64,000 bases of DNA from Eledone cirrhosa. Its lineage: Eukaryota. The stretch is from NCBI GenBank assembly GCA_964016885.1, contig OZ024756.1:6200001-6264000 (forward strand), written 5' to 3'. Each line of letters opens with the position of its first letter. Position 1 is the first letter of the stretch. The translations under genes and the position numbers were made by a program. Below the pieces are notes generated by a model, which worked only from the letters and a program-made list of their open reading frames with translations, searched no databases and was not told the origin of the DNA. Shown here in pieces: positions 25,240 through 38,169 of the stretch.

Positions 25240-28200
25240 CAGTTGTTGTTGTAGTTGTTGCTGTTATGAAGGGGAAGTATAGATGTAACACTTCTTGTAA
25301 TTGTTGTAGTTGTTGTTGTGAAGGGAGAAGTATAGATGTAACACTTGTTGTAGTTGTTGTTATGAAGGGAGAAGTATAGATGTCAGATGTGTAACACTTC
25401 TTGTTGTAATTGTTGTCGGTGTTGTGAAGAGCGAGTGTACAGTGGGTAAGATGTACAAGACATCTTGTTGTTGTTGTTGTGAAGGGCAGAGTGGGTAAGA
25501 TGTACAACAGTTGTTGTTGTTGTTGTGAAGGGCAGAGTGGGTCAGATGTACAACAGTTGTTGTTGTTGTTGTGAAGGGCAGAGTGGGTAAGATGTACAAC
25601 ACATCTTGTTGTTGTTGTGAAGGGTAGAGTGGGTAAGATGTACAACAGTTGTTGTTGTGAAGGGTAGAGTGCGTAAAATGTACAACACATCTTGTTGTTG
25701 TTGTGAAGGGTAGAGTGGGTAAAATGTACAACACATCTTCTTGTTGTTGTTGTGAAGGGTAGTGTGGGTAAAATGTACAACACATATTGTTGTTGTTGTT
25801 GTGAAGGGTAGAGTGTGTAAGATGTACAACAGTTTTTGTTGTGAAGGGTAGAGTGGATAAGATGTACAACACATCTTGTTGTTGTTGTGAAGGGTAGAGT
25901 GGGAAAGATATACAACAGTTGTTGCTATAAAGGCTAGAGAGGGTAAGATGTACAACAGTTGTTGCTATAAAGGCTAGAGAGGGTAAGATGTACAACAGTT
26001 GTTGCTATAAAGGCTAGAGTGGGTAAGATGTACAACAGTTGTTGCTATAAACGGTCTAGTGGGTAAGATGTACAACAGTTGTTGCTATAAAGGCTAGAGT
26101 GGGTAAGATGTACAACAGTTGTTGTTATAAAGGGTAGAGTGGGTAAGATGTACAACAGTTGTTGCTATAAAGGGTAGAGTGGGTAAGATGTACAACAAGT
26201 GTTGCTATAAAGGCTAGAGAGGGTAACATGTACAACAGTTGTTGCTATAAAGGGTAGAGTGGGTAAGATGTACAACAGTTGTTGCTATAAAGGGTAGAGT
26301 GGGTAAGTTGTACAACAGTTGTTGCTATAAAGGGTAGAGTGGGTAAGTTATACAACAGTTGTTGCTATAAAGGCTAGAGAGGGTAAGATGTACAGCAGTT
26401 GTTGCTATAAACGGTAGAGTGGGTAAGATGTCCAACAGCTGTTGCTATAAAGGCTAGAGAGGGTAAGATGTACAACAGTTGTTGCTATAAAGGGTCGAGT
26501 GGGTAAGATGTACAACAGTTGTGGCTATAAAGGGTAGAGTGGGTAAGTTGTACAACAGTTGTTGTTATAAAGGCTAGAGTGGGTAAGATGTAGAAGAGTT
26601 GTTGCTATAAAGGGTAGTGTGGGTAAGATGTACAACAGTTGTTGTTATAAAGGCTAGAGAGGGTAAGATGTACAGCAGTTGTTGTTATAAAGCCTAGAGT
26701 GGGTAAGATGTACAACAGTTGGTAAGATGTACAACAGTTGCTGCTATAAAGGGTAGAGAGGGTAAGATGTACAACAGTTGTTGTTATAAAGGCTAGAGTG
26801 GGTAAGATGTACAGCAGTTGTTGCTATAAATGGTAGAGTTCGTAAGATGTACAACAGTTGTTGCTATAAAGGGTCGAGTGGGTAAGATGTACAACAGTTG
26901 TTGCTATAAAGGGTAGAGTGGGTAAGTTGTACAACAGTTGTTGCTATAAAGGCTAGTGCGGGTAAGATGTACAGCAGTTGTTGCTATAAAGGGTAGAGTG
27001 GTTAAGATGTACAACAGTTGTTGCTATAAAGGCTAGAGAGGATAAGATGTACAACAGTCGTTGCTATAAAGGGTCGAGTGGGTAAGATGTACAACAGTTG
27101 TTGCTATAAAGGGTAGAGTGGGTAAGATGTTCAACAGTTGTTGTTATAAAGGCTAGAGAGGGTAAGATGTACAACAGTTGTTGTTATAAAGGCTAGAGAG
27201 GGTAAGATGTACAACAGTTGTTGTTATAAAGGCTAGTGTGGGTAAGATGTACAACAGTTGTTGCTATAAAGGCTAGAGTGGGTAAGATGTAGAACAGTTG
27301 TTGCTATAAAGGGTAGTGTGGGTAAGATGTACAACAGTTGTTGCTATAAAGGCTAGAGTGGGTAAGATGTAGAAGAGTTGTTGCTATAAAGGGTAGTGTG
27401 GGTAAGATGTACAACAGTTGTTGTTATAAAGGCTAGAGAGGGTAAGTGTACAGCAGTTGTTCTTATAAAGCCTAGAGTGGGTAAGATGTACAACAGTTGG
27501 TAAGATGTACAACAGTTGCTGCTATAAAGAGTAAAGAGGGTAAGATGTACAACAGTTGTTGCTATAAAGGCTAGAGTGGGTAAGATGTACAACAGTTGTT
27601 GTTATAAAGGCTAGAGAGGGTAAGATGTACAACAGTTGTTGCTATAAAGGGTAGTGTGGGTAAGATCTACAACAGTTGTTGCTATAAAGGCTAGAGTGGG
27701 TAAGATGTACAACAGTTGTTGCTATAAAGGCTACAGTGGGTAAGATGTACAACAGCTGTTGCTATAAAGGGTAGTGTGGGTAAGATGTACAATAGTTGTT
27801 GCTATAAAGGCTAGAGTGGGTAAGATGTACAACAGTTGTTGTTATAAAGGCTAGAGAGGGTAAGATGTACAACAGTTGTTGCTATAAAGGGTAGAGTTGG
27901 TAAGATGTACAACAGTTGTTGTTATAAAGGCTAGAGTGGGTAAGATGTACAACAGTTGGTAAGATGTACAACAGTTGCTGCTATAAAGGGTAGAGAGGGT
28001 AAGATGTACAACAGTTGTTAGAAAGGGTAGAGAGGGTAAGATGTAAAACAGTTGTTGCTATAAAGGGTAGTGTGTGTAAGATGTACAACAGTTGTTGTTA
28101 TAAAGGCTAGACTGGGTAAGATGTACAACAGTTCTTGTTATAAAGGCTAGAGTGGGTAAGATGTACAACAGTTGTTGCTATAAAGGGTAGAGAGGGTAAG

Positions 28201-28643
28201 ATGTACAACAGTTCTTGTTATAAAGGGTTGAGAGGGTAAGATGTAAAACAGTTGTTGCTATAAAGGGTAGTGTGGGTAAGATGTACAACAGTTGTTGTTA
28301 TAAAGGCTAGAGTGGGTAAGTTGTACAACAGTTGTTGTTATAAAGGCTAGAGAGGGTAAGATGTACAACAGTTCTTGTTATAAAGGCTAGAGTGGGTAAG
28401 ATCTACAGCAGTTGTTGCTATAAAGGGTAGAGAGGGTAAGATGTACAACAGTTGTTGCTATAAAGGGTAGAGGGGGTAAGATGTACAACAGTTCTTGTTA
28501 TAAAGGCTAGAGTGGGTAAGATCTATAGCAGTTGTTGCTATAAAGGGTAGAGAGGGTAAGATGTACAACAGTTGTTGCTATAAAGGGTAGAGTGGGTAAG
28601 ATGTACAACAGTTGTTGTTATAAAGGCTAGAGAGGGTAAGATG
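25240..28643. repeat. 40-bp minisatellite array (gggtaagatgtacaacagttgttgctataaaggctagagt) with older variable-length units at the left edge
   Basis: About 68 regular units from ~25910; (GTT)n-containing longer units 25240-25910. Confidence 0.95.
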
Positions 28644-29309
28644 AAAACGTTAATGGCGTTAACACTAATGAGATTCCTCCTAACATATTTGACAGAATAT
28701 AAACAAAGGCAGAGCTTCAGATATATGGAGGAATTGACCCGTTCATATCGGATACCATAAATACAACTCATTATTAGAGAGGGAACAACTTGATATCGTT
28801 ATTAGCTTCGATATCATTTCGTGTTTATATCTTTAACGGATATCAGATCATAGGAAAATATGTGGACGTTATAGTATAAATACAGAGAGAGAGGGGGGGG
28901 GGGAGACAGGGAGAGATAGATAGATAGATATATATATATATAGAGAGAGAGAGAGAGTAGAGGCGGAGATCTTGGCAACAAGAAGCCAAGCTTGCTGGAA
29001 TGTTCCGAACTCACAATTTCATACCTCCCTTAATTATTCCAAACCTCTCATTTACACTCAGGTCTGTTCTTGTTTTCATTCTTTACATTCTTCACATGTT
29101 TCCCTCTTGTCTCTAAGTATGTTGATGGGTTCTTCATTCTACTCTCAGTATGAAATTCCATTCAAAATGTCTGCCCTATCATCTAATGTTTTCATAACTC
29201 TTTTCTTTGTGCTTCCAGATTCGCACCGTATCCATTCTTCAGCGTATTCCTTCTAAAATCAACATACGGACATTAGTACACACAGATACACGCATATATA
29301 CATACACAT

Positions 29310-30022
29310 ATATATGTGTGTGAGTGTGTGAGGGGGGGGGGGGGGGGTTGTGTGTGTATATGTGTGTGTGTATGTGTGTATGTGTGTATGTGTGTATGTG
29401 TGTGTATGTGTATGTATGTATGTGTGTGTATGTATGTGTGTGTGTGTATGTGTATGTGTGTGTATGTGTGTATGTATGTATGTATGTGTATGTGTGTATG
29501 TGTGTATGTATGTATGTATGTATGTATGTGTGTGTGTGTCTGTGTATGTATGTATGTATGCGTGTATGTATGTGTGTGTGTATGCATGTGTGTGTGTATC
29601 TATGTATGTATGTATGTATGTATGTGTGGGTATGTGTCTATGTGTGTGTGTGTATACACTCCCATATATATATATATATATATATATACACCCAATTATA
29701 TTTATATTTGCGTGTGTGTATGTACGTGTGTGTGCGTGCGCGTGTGTTTCAGTGTGTGTGCGTGTGTGAGAGTGTGTGTGTCAGTGTATGTCTGCATATG
29801 TGTATGCATGTATGTATACACACCCATACATATACATGTGTGTGTGTGTTTGTGTGTGTGTGTCTGCATGTATGTATACACTCCTATATATATATATATA
29901 CACCCAATTATATTTATATTTGCGTGTGTGTATGTACGTGTGCGTGCGTGTGTGTGTCAGTGTGTGTGCGTATGTCAATGTACAGTGTATGTCGGCATAT
30001 GTGTATGCATGTATGTATACAT

Positions 30023-30073
<51 letters not shown>

Positions 30074-30512
30074 TGTGTGTGTGTGTGTGTGTGTGCGTTT
30101 GTGTTTGTGTGTGTGTGTCTGCATGTATGTATACACTCCCATATATATCTATATATATATATATACACCCAATTATATTTATATTTGTATGTGTGTATGT
30201 ACGTGTGTGTGCGTGCGTGTGTCAGTGTGTGTGCGTGTGTGTCAGTGTGTGTGTCAGTGTATATCTACATATGTGTATGCATGTATGTATACATACCCAT
30301 ACGTATACATATATGTGTGTGTGTGTGTGTGCATGTCTGCATATGTGTGTGTATGTATGTATACAACCCATGGATGTATACATATCCATATATATATTCA
30401 TATTCGTGTGTGTGTCTGTGTGTATGTGTGTGTGTCTGCATGTATGTATACATACCCATATATATGTGTGTGTGTGTGACTGCATATGTGTATGCACACC
30501 CATATATACACG

Positions 30513-30555
<43 letters not shown>
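29310..30555. repeat. Compound (GT)n/(GTAT)n repeat
   Basis: Direct inspection; tatacacccaattatatttatatttg block x3. Confidence 0.95.
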
Positions 30556-30556
<1 letters not shown>

Positions 30557-30694
30557 AGAAGTAATATATAAATGTTCCCCTACAAATGTTTAGTTTTAAA
30601 TCTAATTCGGAAAATGGAGCGGGATTTCATTTTTGTTTTCCCTTTCTATTTTTGTCTAAAAAAATGCAAAGTATGAACGGAGTTTCTTTAGTGT

Positions 30695-31205
30695 GAAGGA
30701 GATAGGGGGAGGGGGAGAAGGGGAGTGATGGAGAGATGGGGAGGGGAAGAGGGGGGATATAGAGGGACGGATGGAGATAGAGAGGGCGGGAGAGGGGAGA
30801 GGGAGCGAGAGAGAAAGGGAAGGATAGAGGGGGAGGGAGGGGATATATGAGGGAGGGAGATGGGGGGGCGAGAGGGATGGAGAGAGAGGGAGAGTGAGAA
30901 AAATAGGGGAGGGAGGGAGAGAGAGAGAGATGAAGAGGGAGAGAGCGACAGGGAGAACGATGGGGGAGGTAGAGAGAGAGAGGGAGAGGGAGAACGATGG
31001 GGAGGTAGAGAGAGAGAGGGAGAGCGAAAACGATGAGGGAGGTAGAGAGAGAGAGGGTGTAGATAGAGAGTGAGAGGGGGGGAGATACAGGGAGGGAGAG
31101 AAAGGTGGAGAAAGAGGGAGGGAGAGAGAGGGCGGGAGAGAAAGATGGATAGAGGGGGGATGGAGAGAGTGGGGAAAGAAAGATAGAGAGAAAGATGGAG
31201 GGAAT
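30695..31205. repeat. Polypurine (GA-rich) tract
   Basis: Direct inspection. Confidence 0.9.
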
Positions 31206-31319
31206 AACAATATAACACAGTAGGTGTTGAGTAAGAATGAGAGTAAAATCATTGTCCAATGAAATAGAGAAACGGATGTAAAGAGGCTCTTAACACACGT
31301 GTATATATAGATACGCAGA

Positions 31320-31608
31320 AGGGATATTCAATTTGTTGGTAATTCAACAAATATATATGTTTATAACTGATTCAGAGCACTCAACAAGTTTTCTGGAGTA
31401 TAATATACAATGATATTAAATAAATGGAAACTATATTTACAAAACCATATTTATTCTATTATATATATTTCAAGGGTACCAACATTTTAGTACGCTATCA
31501 ACTTCGTATTTTATCTGATGAAAGCGTACCAAAGTTGTGTGGTACCCTTGAAATATATATAATAGAATAAATGTGGTTTTATAAATATAGTTTCCATTTA
31601 TTTAATAT

Positions 31609-31618
<10 letters not shown>
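31320..31618. mobile_element. Fold-back element with canonical + strand hammerhead 31508-31568
   Basis: Arms 31403-31496 / 31516-31618; attttat-CTGATGA-aagcgtacc...ggtaccctt-GAAAT-ATAT-ATA-atagaat; same family as 51858-52290. Confidence 0.8.
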
Positions 31619-31674
<56 letters not shown>

Positions 31675-31754
31675 TGTAGATCGATCGATTTTCGTCGAAT
31701 CGGTTCGAGGAAACAATGTTTCCATTGGCCTTTCCAGTTGCTAATACTATATAT

Positions 31755-31877
31755 CGGTCGCAACTCCAGGTAGAATGAGCAACGTGAAATAAAGTGTCTT
31801 GCTCAAGGACAGGAATCGAACTCACAAGCTCACGATTGCGAATCCAATTCTTTAACCACCCAGCCACACACCTTCAC
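31755..31877 (-). mobile_element. CORE-like SINE family B head
   Basis: tggctgggtggttaa A-box, gagttcgattcc B-box, gtccttgagcaagacacttta CORE-like motif. Confidence 0.75.
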
Positions 31878-32463
31878 TAAATATGTATATATATCCAGGG
31901 AAACATCAATAGAGCCTTAATTCTGAATAAAATAAAGTTTAAATACTCATCCTTCAATTTGGAAACACTTCAAATGCTCTATATAGTCTTAAAAAGACTA
32001 TTTCACGAAACTTACAGTGGGGATGGTCACGGTTGGAGTCGTTCATCAGTAGAGATCAACACGATAACACTAAACCACTGCCAGAATATGCCAAAAAGGG
32101 AATTTAAAAGCAGGCTAGTTCAACTCATGCGTAAATATGAAAATAAACGCACATGGAGAGACATGGCTGGTGACGTCAGAATGAGACGAATGTCTGTTTA
32201 CAGGAAACAACATTCCGAAAAAAAAAACTCTACAATATAAGGTGTTCAGCAAAATAGCAATAGTATCACGGTTTTTCTTAAAATATATATATATATTCAC
32301 GTTTGAAGGTTCACCAGATAGCATCAAGTAGACCGAATAGCCAGCACTTGAGGGCGACCGGCTAGAGTGAAGGATGCTAGATCGTCGGTCATCCTCGGGT
32401 CTATGACTTTCAGCCCCATGGATTTTATCTATTACATTCATTTATTATATTTCGAATAACTGA

Positions 32464-32521
32464 TTACCTGATGATATCACCGGATTCATACGGAACCCGG
32501 TCATTGAAATGATCATAGTAT
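32464..32521 (+). ncRNA. Type-I hammerhead motif in a (TA)n-flanked element (~32290-32580)
   Basis: tac-CTGATGA-tatcaccgg...ccggtcatt-GAAAT-GATC-ATA-gta; palindromic helix III. Confidence 0.65.
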
Positions 32522-32587
32522 AATAAACCTTTCAAGGATTTACACAAGTCCAGCCTCCTTTTATTTCATTATAATTATATATATATA

Positions 32588-35500
32588 TGGCCAGAGAATC
32601 TTGACCGACGCTCTACCTATACTGCCATTACTAACATAAGCAGGGTTTGAACTGTGGCCGCAGAATCTTGACCGACGCTCTCCCGATATTGCCATTACTA
32701 ACATAAGCAGGGTTTGAACTGTGGCCGCAGAATCTTGACCGACGCTCTCCCGATACTACCATTACTAACATAAGCAGGGTTTGAACTGTGGCCGCAGAAT
32801 CTTGACCGACGCTCTACCTATACTGCCATTACTAACATAAGCAGGGTTTGAACTGTGGCCGCAGAATCTTGACCGACGCTCTCCCGATACTACCATTACT
32901 AACATAAGCAGGGTTTGAACTGTGGCCGCAGAATCTTGACCGACGCTCTACCTATACTGCCATTACTAACATAAGCAGGGTTTGAACTGTGGCCGCATAA
33001 TCTTGACCGACGCTCTACAGATGCTGCTATTACTAACATAAGCAGGGTTTGAACTGTGGCCGCAGAATCTTGACCGACGCTCTACCTATACTGCAATTAC
33101 TAACATAAGCAGGGTTTGAACTGTGGCCGCAGAATCTTGACCGACGCTCTACCTATACTGCCATTACTAACATAAGCAGGGTTTGAACTGTGGCCGCAGA
33201 ATCTTGACCGACACTCTACCTATAATGCTATTACTAACATAAGCAGGGTTTGAACTGTGGCCGCAGAATCTTGACCGACACTCTACCTATACTGCTATTA
33301 CTAACATAAGCAGGGTTTGAACTGTGGCCGCAGAATCTTGACCGACACTCTACCTATACTGCTATTACTAACATAAGCAGGGTTTGAACTGTGGCCGCAG
33401 AATCTTGACCGACACTCTACCTATACTGCTATTACTAACATAAGCAGGGTTTGAACTGTGGCCGCAGAATCTTGACCGACACTCTACCTATACTGCTATT
33501 ACTAACATAAGCAGGGTTTGAACTGTGGCCGCAGAATCTTGACCGACACTCTACCTATACTGCTATTACTAACATAAGCAGGGTTTGAACTGTGGCCGCA
33601 GAATCTTGACCGACACTCTACCTATACTGCTATTACTAACATAAGCAGGGTTTGAACTGTGGCCGCAGAATCTTGACCGACACTCTACCTATACTGCTAT
33701 TACTAACATAAGCAGGGTTTGAACTGTGGCCGCAGAATCTTGACCGACACTCTACCTATACTGCTATTACTAACATAAGCAGGGTTTGAACTGTGGCCGC
33801 AGAATCTTGACCGACACTCTACCTATACTGCTATTACTAACATAAGCAGGGTTTGAACTGTGGCCGCAGAATCTTGACCGACACTCTACCTATACTGCTA
33901 TTACTAACATAAGCAGGGTTTGAACTGTGGCCGCAGAATCTTGACCGACACTCTACCTATACTGCTATTACTAACATAAGCAGGGTTTGAACTGTGGCCA
34001 CAGAATCTTGACCGACACTCTACCTATACTGCTATTACTAACATAAGCAGGGTTTGAACTGTGGCCACAGAATCTTGACCGACGCTCTACCTATACTGCC
34101 ATTACTAACATAAGCAGGGTTTGAACTGTGGCCGCAGAATCTTGACCGACGCTCTACCTATACTGCCATTACTAACATAAGCAGGGTTTGAACTGTGGCC
34201 GCAGAATCTTGACCGACACTCTACCTATACTGCTATTACTAACATAAGCAGGTTTTGAACTGTGGCCGCAGAATCTTGACCGACGCTCTACAGATGCTGC
34301 CATTACTAACATAAGCAGGTTTTGAACTGTGGCCGCAGAATCTTGACCGACGCTCTACCTATACTGCCATTACTAACATAAGCAGGGTTTGAACTGTGGC
34401 CGCAGAATCTTGACCGACACTCTACCTATACTGCTATTACTAACATAAGCAGGTTTTGAACTGTGGCCGCAGAATCTTGACCGACGCTCTACAGATGCTG
34501 CCATTACTAACATAAGCAGGGTTTGAACTGTGGCCGCAGAATCTTGACCGACGCTCTACCTATACTGCCATTACTAACATAAGCAGGGTTTGAACTGTGG
34601 CCGCAGAATCTTGACCGACACTCTACCTATACTGCTATTACTAACATAAGCAGGTTTTGAACTGTGGCCGCAGAATCTTGACCGACGCTCTACAGATGCT
34701 GCCATTACTAACATAAGCAGGGTTTGAACTGTGGCCGCAGAATCTTGACCGACACTCTACCTATACTGCTATTACTAACATAAGCAGGGTTTGAACTGTG
34801 GCCGCAGAATCTTGACCGACACTCTACCTATATTGCTATTACTAACATAAGCAGGGTTTGAACTGTGGCCGCAGAATCTTGACCGACACTCTACCTATAC
34901 TGCTATTACTAACATAAGCAGGGTTTGAACTGTGGCCGCAGAATCTTGACCGACACTCTACCTATACTGCTATTACTAACATAAGCAGGGTTTGAACTGT
35001 GGCCGCAGAATCTTGACCGACGCTCTACCTATACTGCCATTACTAACATAAGCAGGGTTTGAACTGTGGCCGCAGAATCTTGACCGACGCTCTACCTATA
35101 CTGCCATTACTAACATAAGCAGGGTTTGAACTGTGGCCGCAGAATCTTGACCGACGCTCTACCTATACTGCCATTACTAACATAAGCAGGGTTTGAACTG
35201 TGGCCGCAGAATCTTGACCGACACTCTACCTATACTGCTATTACTAACATAAGCAGGGTTTGAACTGTGGCCGCAGAATCTTGACCGACGCTCTACCTAT
35301 ACTGCCATTACTAACATAAGCAGGGTTTGAACTGTGGCCGCAGAATCTTGACCGACACTCTACCTATACTGCTATTACTAACATAAGCAGGGTTTGAACT
35401 GTGGCCGCAGAATCTTGACCGACGCTCTACCTATACTGCCATTACTAACATAAGCAGGGTTTGAACTGTGGCCGCAGAATCTTGACCGACACTCTACCTA

Positions 35501-36819
35501 TACTGCTATTACTAACATAAGCAGGGTTTGAACTGTGGCCGCAGAATCTTGACCGACGCTCTACCTATACTGCCATTACTAACATAAGCAGGGTTTGAAC
35601 TGTGGCCGCAGAATCTTGACCGACGCTCTACCTATACTGCCATTACTAACATAAGCAGGGTTTGAACTGTGGCCGCAGAATCTTGACCGACACTCTACCT
35701 ATACTGCTATTACTAACATAAGCAGGGTTTGAACTGTGGCCGCAGAATCTTGACCGACGCTCTACCTATACTGCCATTACTAACATAAGCAGGGTTTGAA
35801 CTGTGGCCGCAGAATCTTGACCGACACTCTACCTATACTGCTATTACTAACATAAGCAGGGTTTGAACTGTGGCCGCAGAATCTTGACCGACACTCTACC
35901 TATACTGCCATTACTAACATAAGCAGGGTTTGAACTGTGGCCGCAGAATCTTGACCGACGCTCTACCTATACTGCCATTACTAACATAAGCAGGGTTTGA
36001 ACTGTGGCCGCAGAATCTTGACCGACGCTCTACCTATACTGCCATTACTAACACAAGCAGGGTTTGAACTGTGGCCGCAGAATCTTGACCGACACTCTAC
36101 CTATACTGCCATTACTAACATAAGCAGGGTTTGAACTGTGGCCGCAGAATCTTGACCGACGCTCTACCTATACTGCCATTACTAACACAAGCAGGGTTTG
36201 AACTGTGGCCGCAGAATCTTGACCGACACTCTACCTATACTGCTATTACTAACATAAGCAGGGTTTGAACTGTGGCCGCAGAATCTTGACCGACGCTCTA
36301 CCTATACTGCTATTACTAACATAAGCAGGGTTTGAACTGTGGCCGCAGAATCTTGACCGACGCTCTACCTATACTGCCATTACTAACACAAGCAGGGTTT
36401 GAACTGTGGCCGCAGAATCTTGACCGACGCTCTACCTATACTGCCATTACTAACACAAGCAGGGTTTGAACTGTGGCCGCAGAATCTTGACCGACACTCT
36501 ACCTATACTGCTATTACTAACACAAGCAGGATTTGAACTGTGGCCGCAGAATCTTGACCGACGCTCTACAGATGCTGCCATTACTAACATAAGCAGGGTT
36601 TGAACTGTGGCCGCAGAATCTTGACCGACACTCTACAGATGCTGCCATTACTAACATAAGCAGGGTTTGAACTGTGGCCGCATAATCTTGACCGACGCTC
36701 TACAGATGCTGCTATTACTAACATAAGCAGGATTTGAACTGTGGCCGCAGAATCTTGACCGACGCTCTACCTATACTGCCATTACTAACATAAGCAGGAT
36801 TTGAACTGTGGCCAGAGAA
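32588..36819 (-). repeat. 67-bp satellite, ~63 copies, derived from the SINE A tRNA-like head
   Basis: Minus unit ttatgttagtaaTGGCAGTATAGGTAGAGCGTCGGtcaagattctgcggccacaGTTCAAACCCtgc vs SINE tggcagtatcggtagagggtcgg...gttcaaatcccgc. Confidence 0.95.
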
Positions 36820-37379
36820 AGTCGTATTGAATATCAGAAAACATTCTCTCTGACAGTCTAATGATATCGAGGAATACTATTTCTCGCTGAAGGATATACG
36901 GCACTGTAACACTCTGGGGTGTCATAAATAAAACAGTAGAAAACTGATATCACTAATTTGTATGAATGATTATATGCAAGGATTCACACCAATAGGCGCT
37001 CTAACTTTTATTTTCTTCGATAAATATTATATTTATCCAGAAAGCATTTAGCAATGTCTGTATGGGAGCCACTAAATTTCCTTGCCCACACTCACATATA
37101 CAAGCTAACTAATTTACACATGTATAATAAATACAAGTAGGTTTGGAGCTGAAATTACAACAGACCCGCTGTGTGCACGATACGTGCAGATATTTATTGA
37201 TTAGAATACATAAAGAATCTTTCCTGTCTTAAACTTAAAGCTCTCATTTTTCTTCATTTGGGCAAGATCATAAACACTTGTTTATGCAAAAGTTAAAATT
37301 CTGTGGCCCTCGAGTATTTTAGCTATAAAATATTAAGCATTGCGTATCCCCACGGAGATTTGTGTTTAGATGTGTATAT

Positions 37380-37665
37380 GATAGAAGCGAGAAGATAAAG
37401 AGAGAGAGAGGGAAGAGAGGAGAGGGAAGAGAGAAGGAGGAAGAGAGAGGGAGAAGAGAATGGAAATAGAGGGGGAAGAGAGAGGGGAGAAGAGAGAGGG
37501 GTGAAGAGATAGGAAAGAGAGAGGGCGAAAAGAGAGTAGAAGAGGAAAGGAAGAGGGAGAAAACAGGAGAGAGAGGGGGAGGGAGAACAGTGAGAGAGAG
37601 GGTTGATCGAAAATAGGAGAGGGAGAAGAGAGCGAGAAAGAGGGGTGAGAGAGAATAAGAGAATG

Positions 37666-37704
<39 letters not shown>

Positions 37705-38000
37705 ATGGGTGAGAGAGAATAAGAGAGGGAGAAAGAGAAGGGTGAGATATATATATACATATATGTATAAAGACAAGGAAAAGCAGCCGATTGAGAGAGA
37801 GATAAACAGTACTGAGAGAGGACGTGGGGTTGGGGGGGATAGATAGAGAATATGGGGGGTGGAGATAGAGAGGGGGGATTGGAAAATATTAACAGGTAGT
37901 AAAATGTGGGAGAAAGAGAAAGAAAAACGAAAGTAAAAGAGGCGTGAGAGGGAGAGAATGAAAGAGAGAGAGAGAGTGAGAGAGAATGAAAGTAAAGAGT
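37380..38000. repeat. Polypurine (GA-rich) tract
   Basis: Direct inspection. Confidence 0.9.
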
Positions 38001-38169
38001 GGATGATATATGTAAATATTGAAGTGTGTTGTCAGAGCAAGTAACGTGAGTAACGTGAGTTGGGAAATGATCATCGAATGTCCAGTAGTGGAAGATTGAT
38101 ATTGAGAAACCCAATATATTTGATTTAAGGCCGTCCATTTATCAATGAATGAAACTATGTATCAGATGA

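Noticed and set aside
25223-25995. Repetitive minus-strand ORFs of 137-230 aa
   Set aside because: All three frames are open through minisatellite units; no coding signal.
29316-30571. Long Cys/Val/Tyr-rich ORFs (up to 415 aa) and similar YI/HT/SL ORFs elsewhere
   Set aside because: Translations of dinucleotide microsatellites, open in several frames.
32015-32075. Minus-strand candidate exon with gtaagt donor
   Set aside because: Stop codons in all three frames.
32588-36819. Tandem array of real tRNA genes or a hammerhead satellite
   Set aside because: No consistent acceptor, anticodon or T stems could be drawn and there is no CTGANGA/GAAA core; the linked G/C vs A/T variants do not sit opposite each other in a stem.
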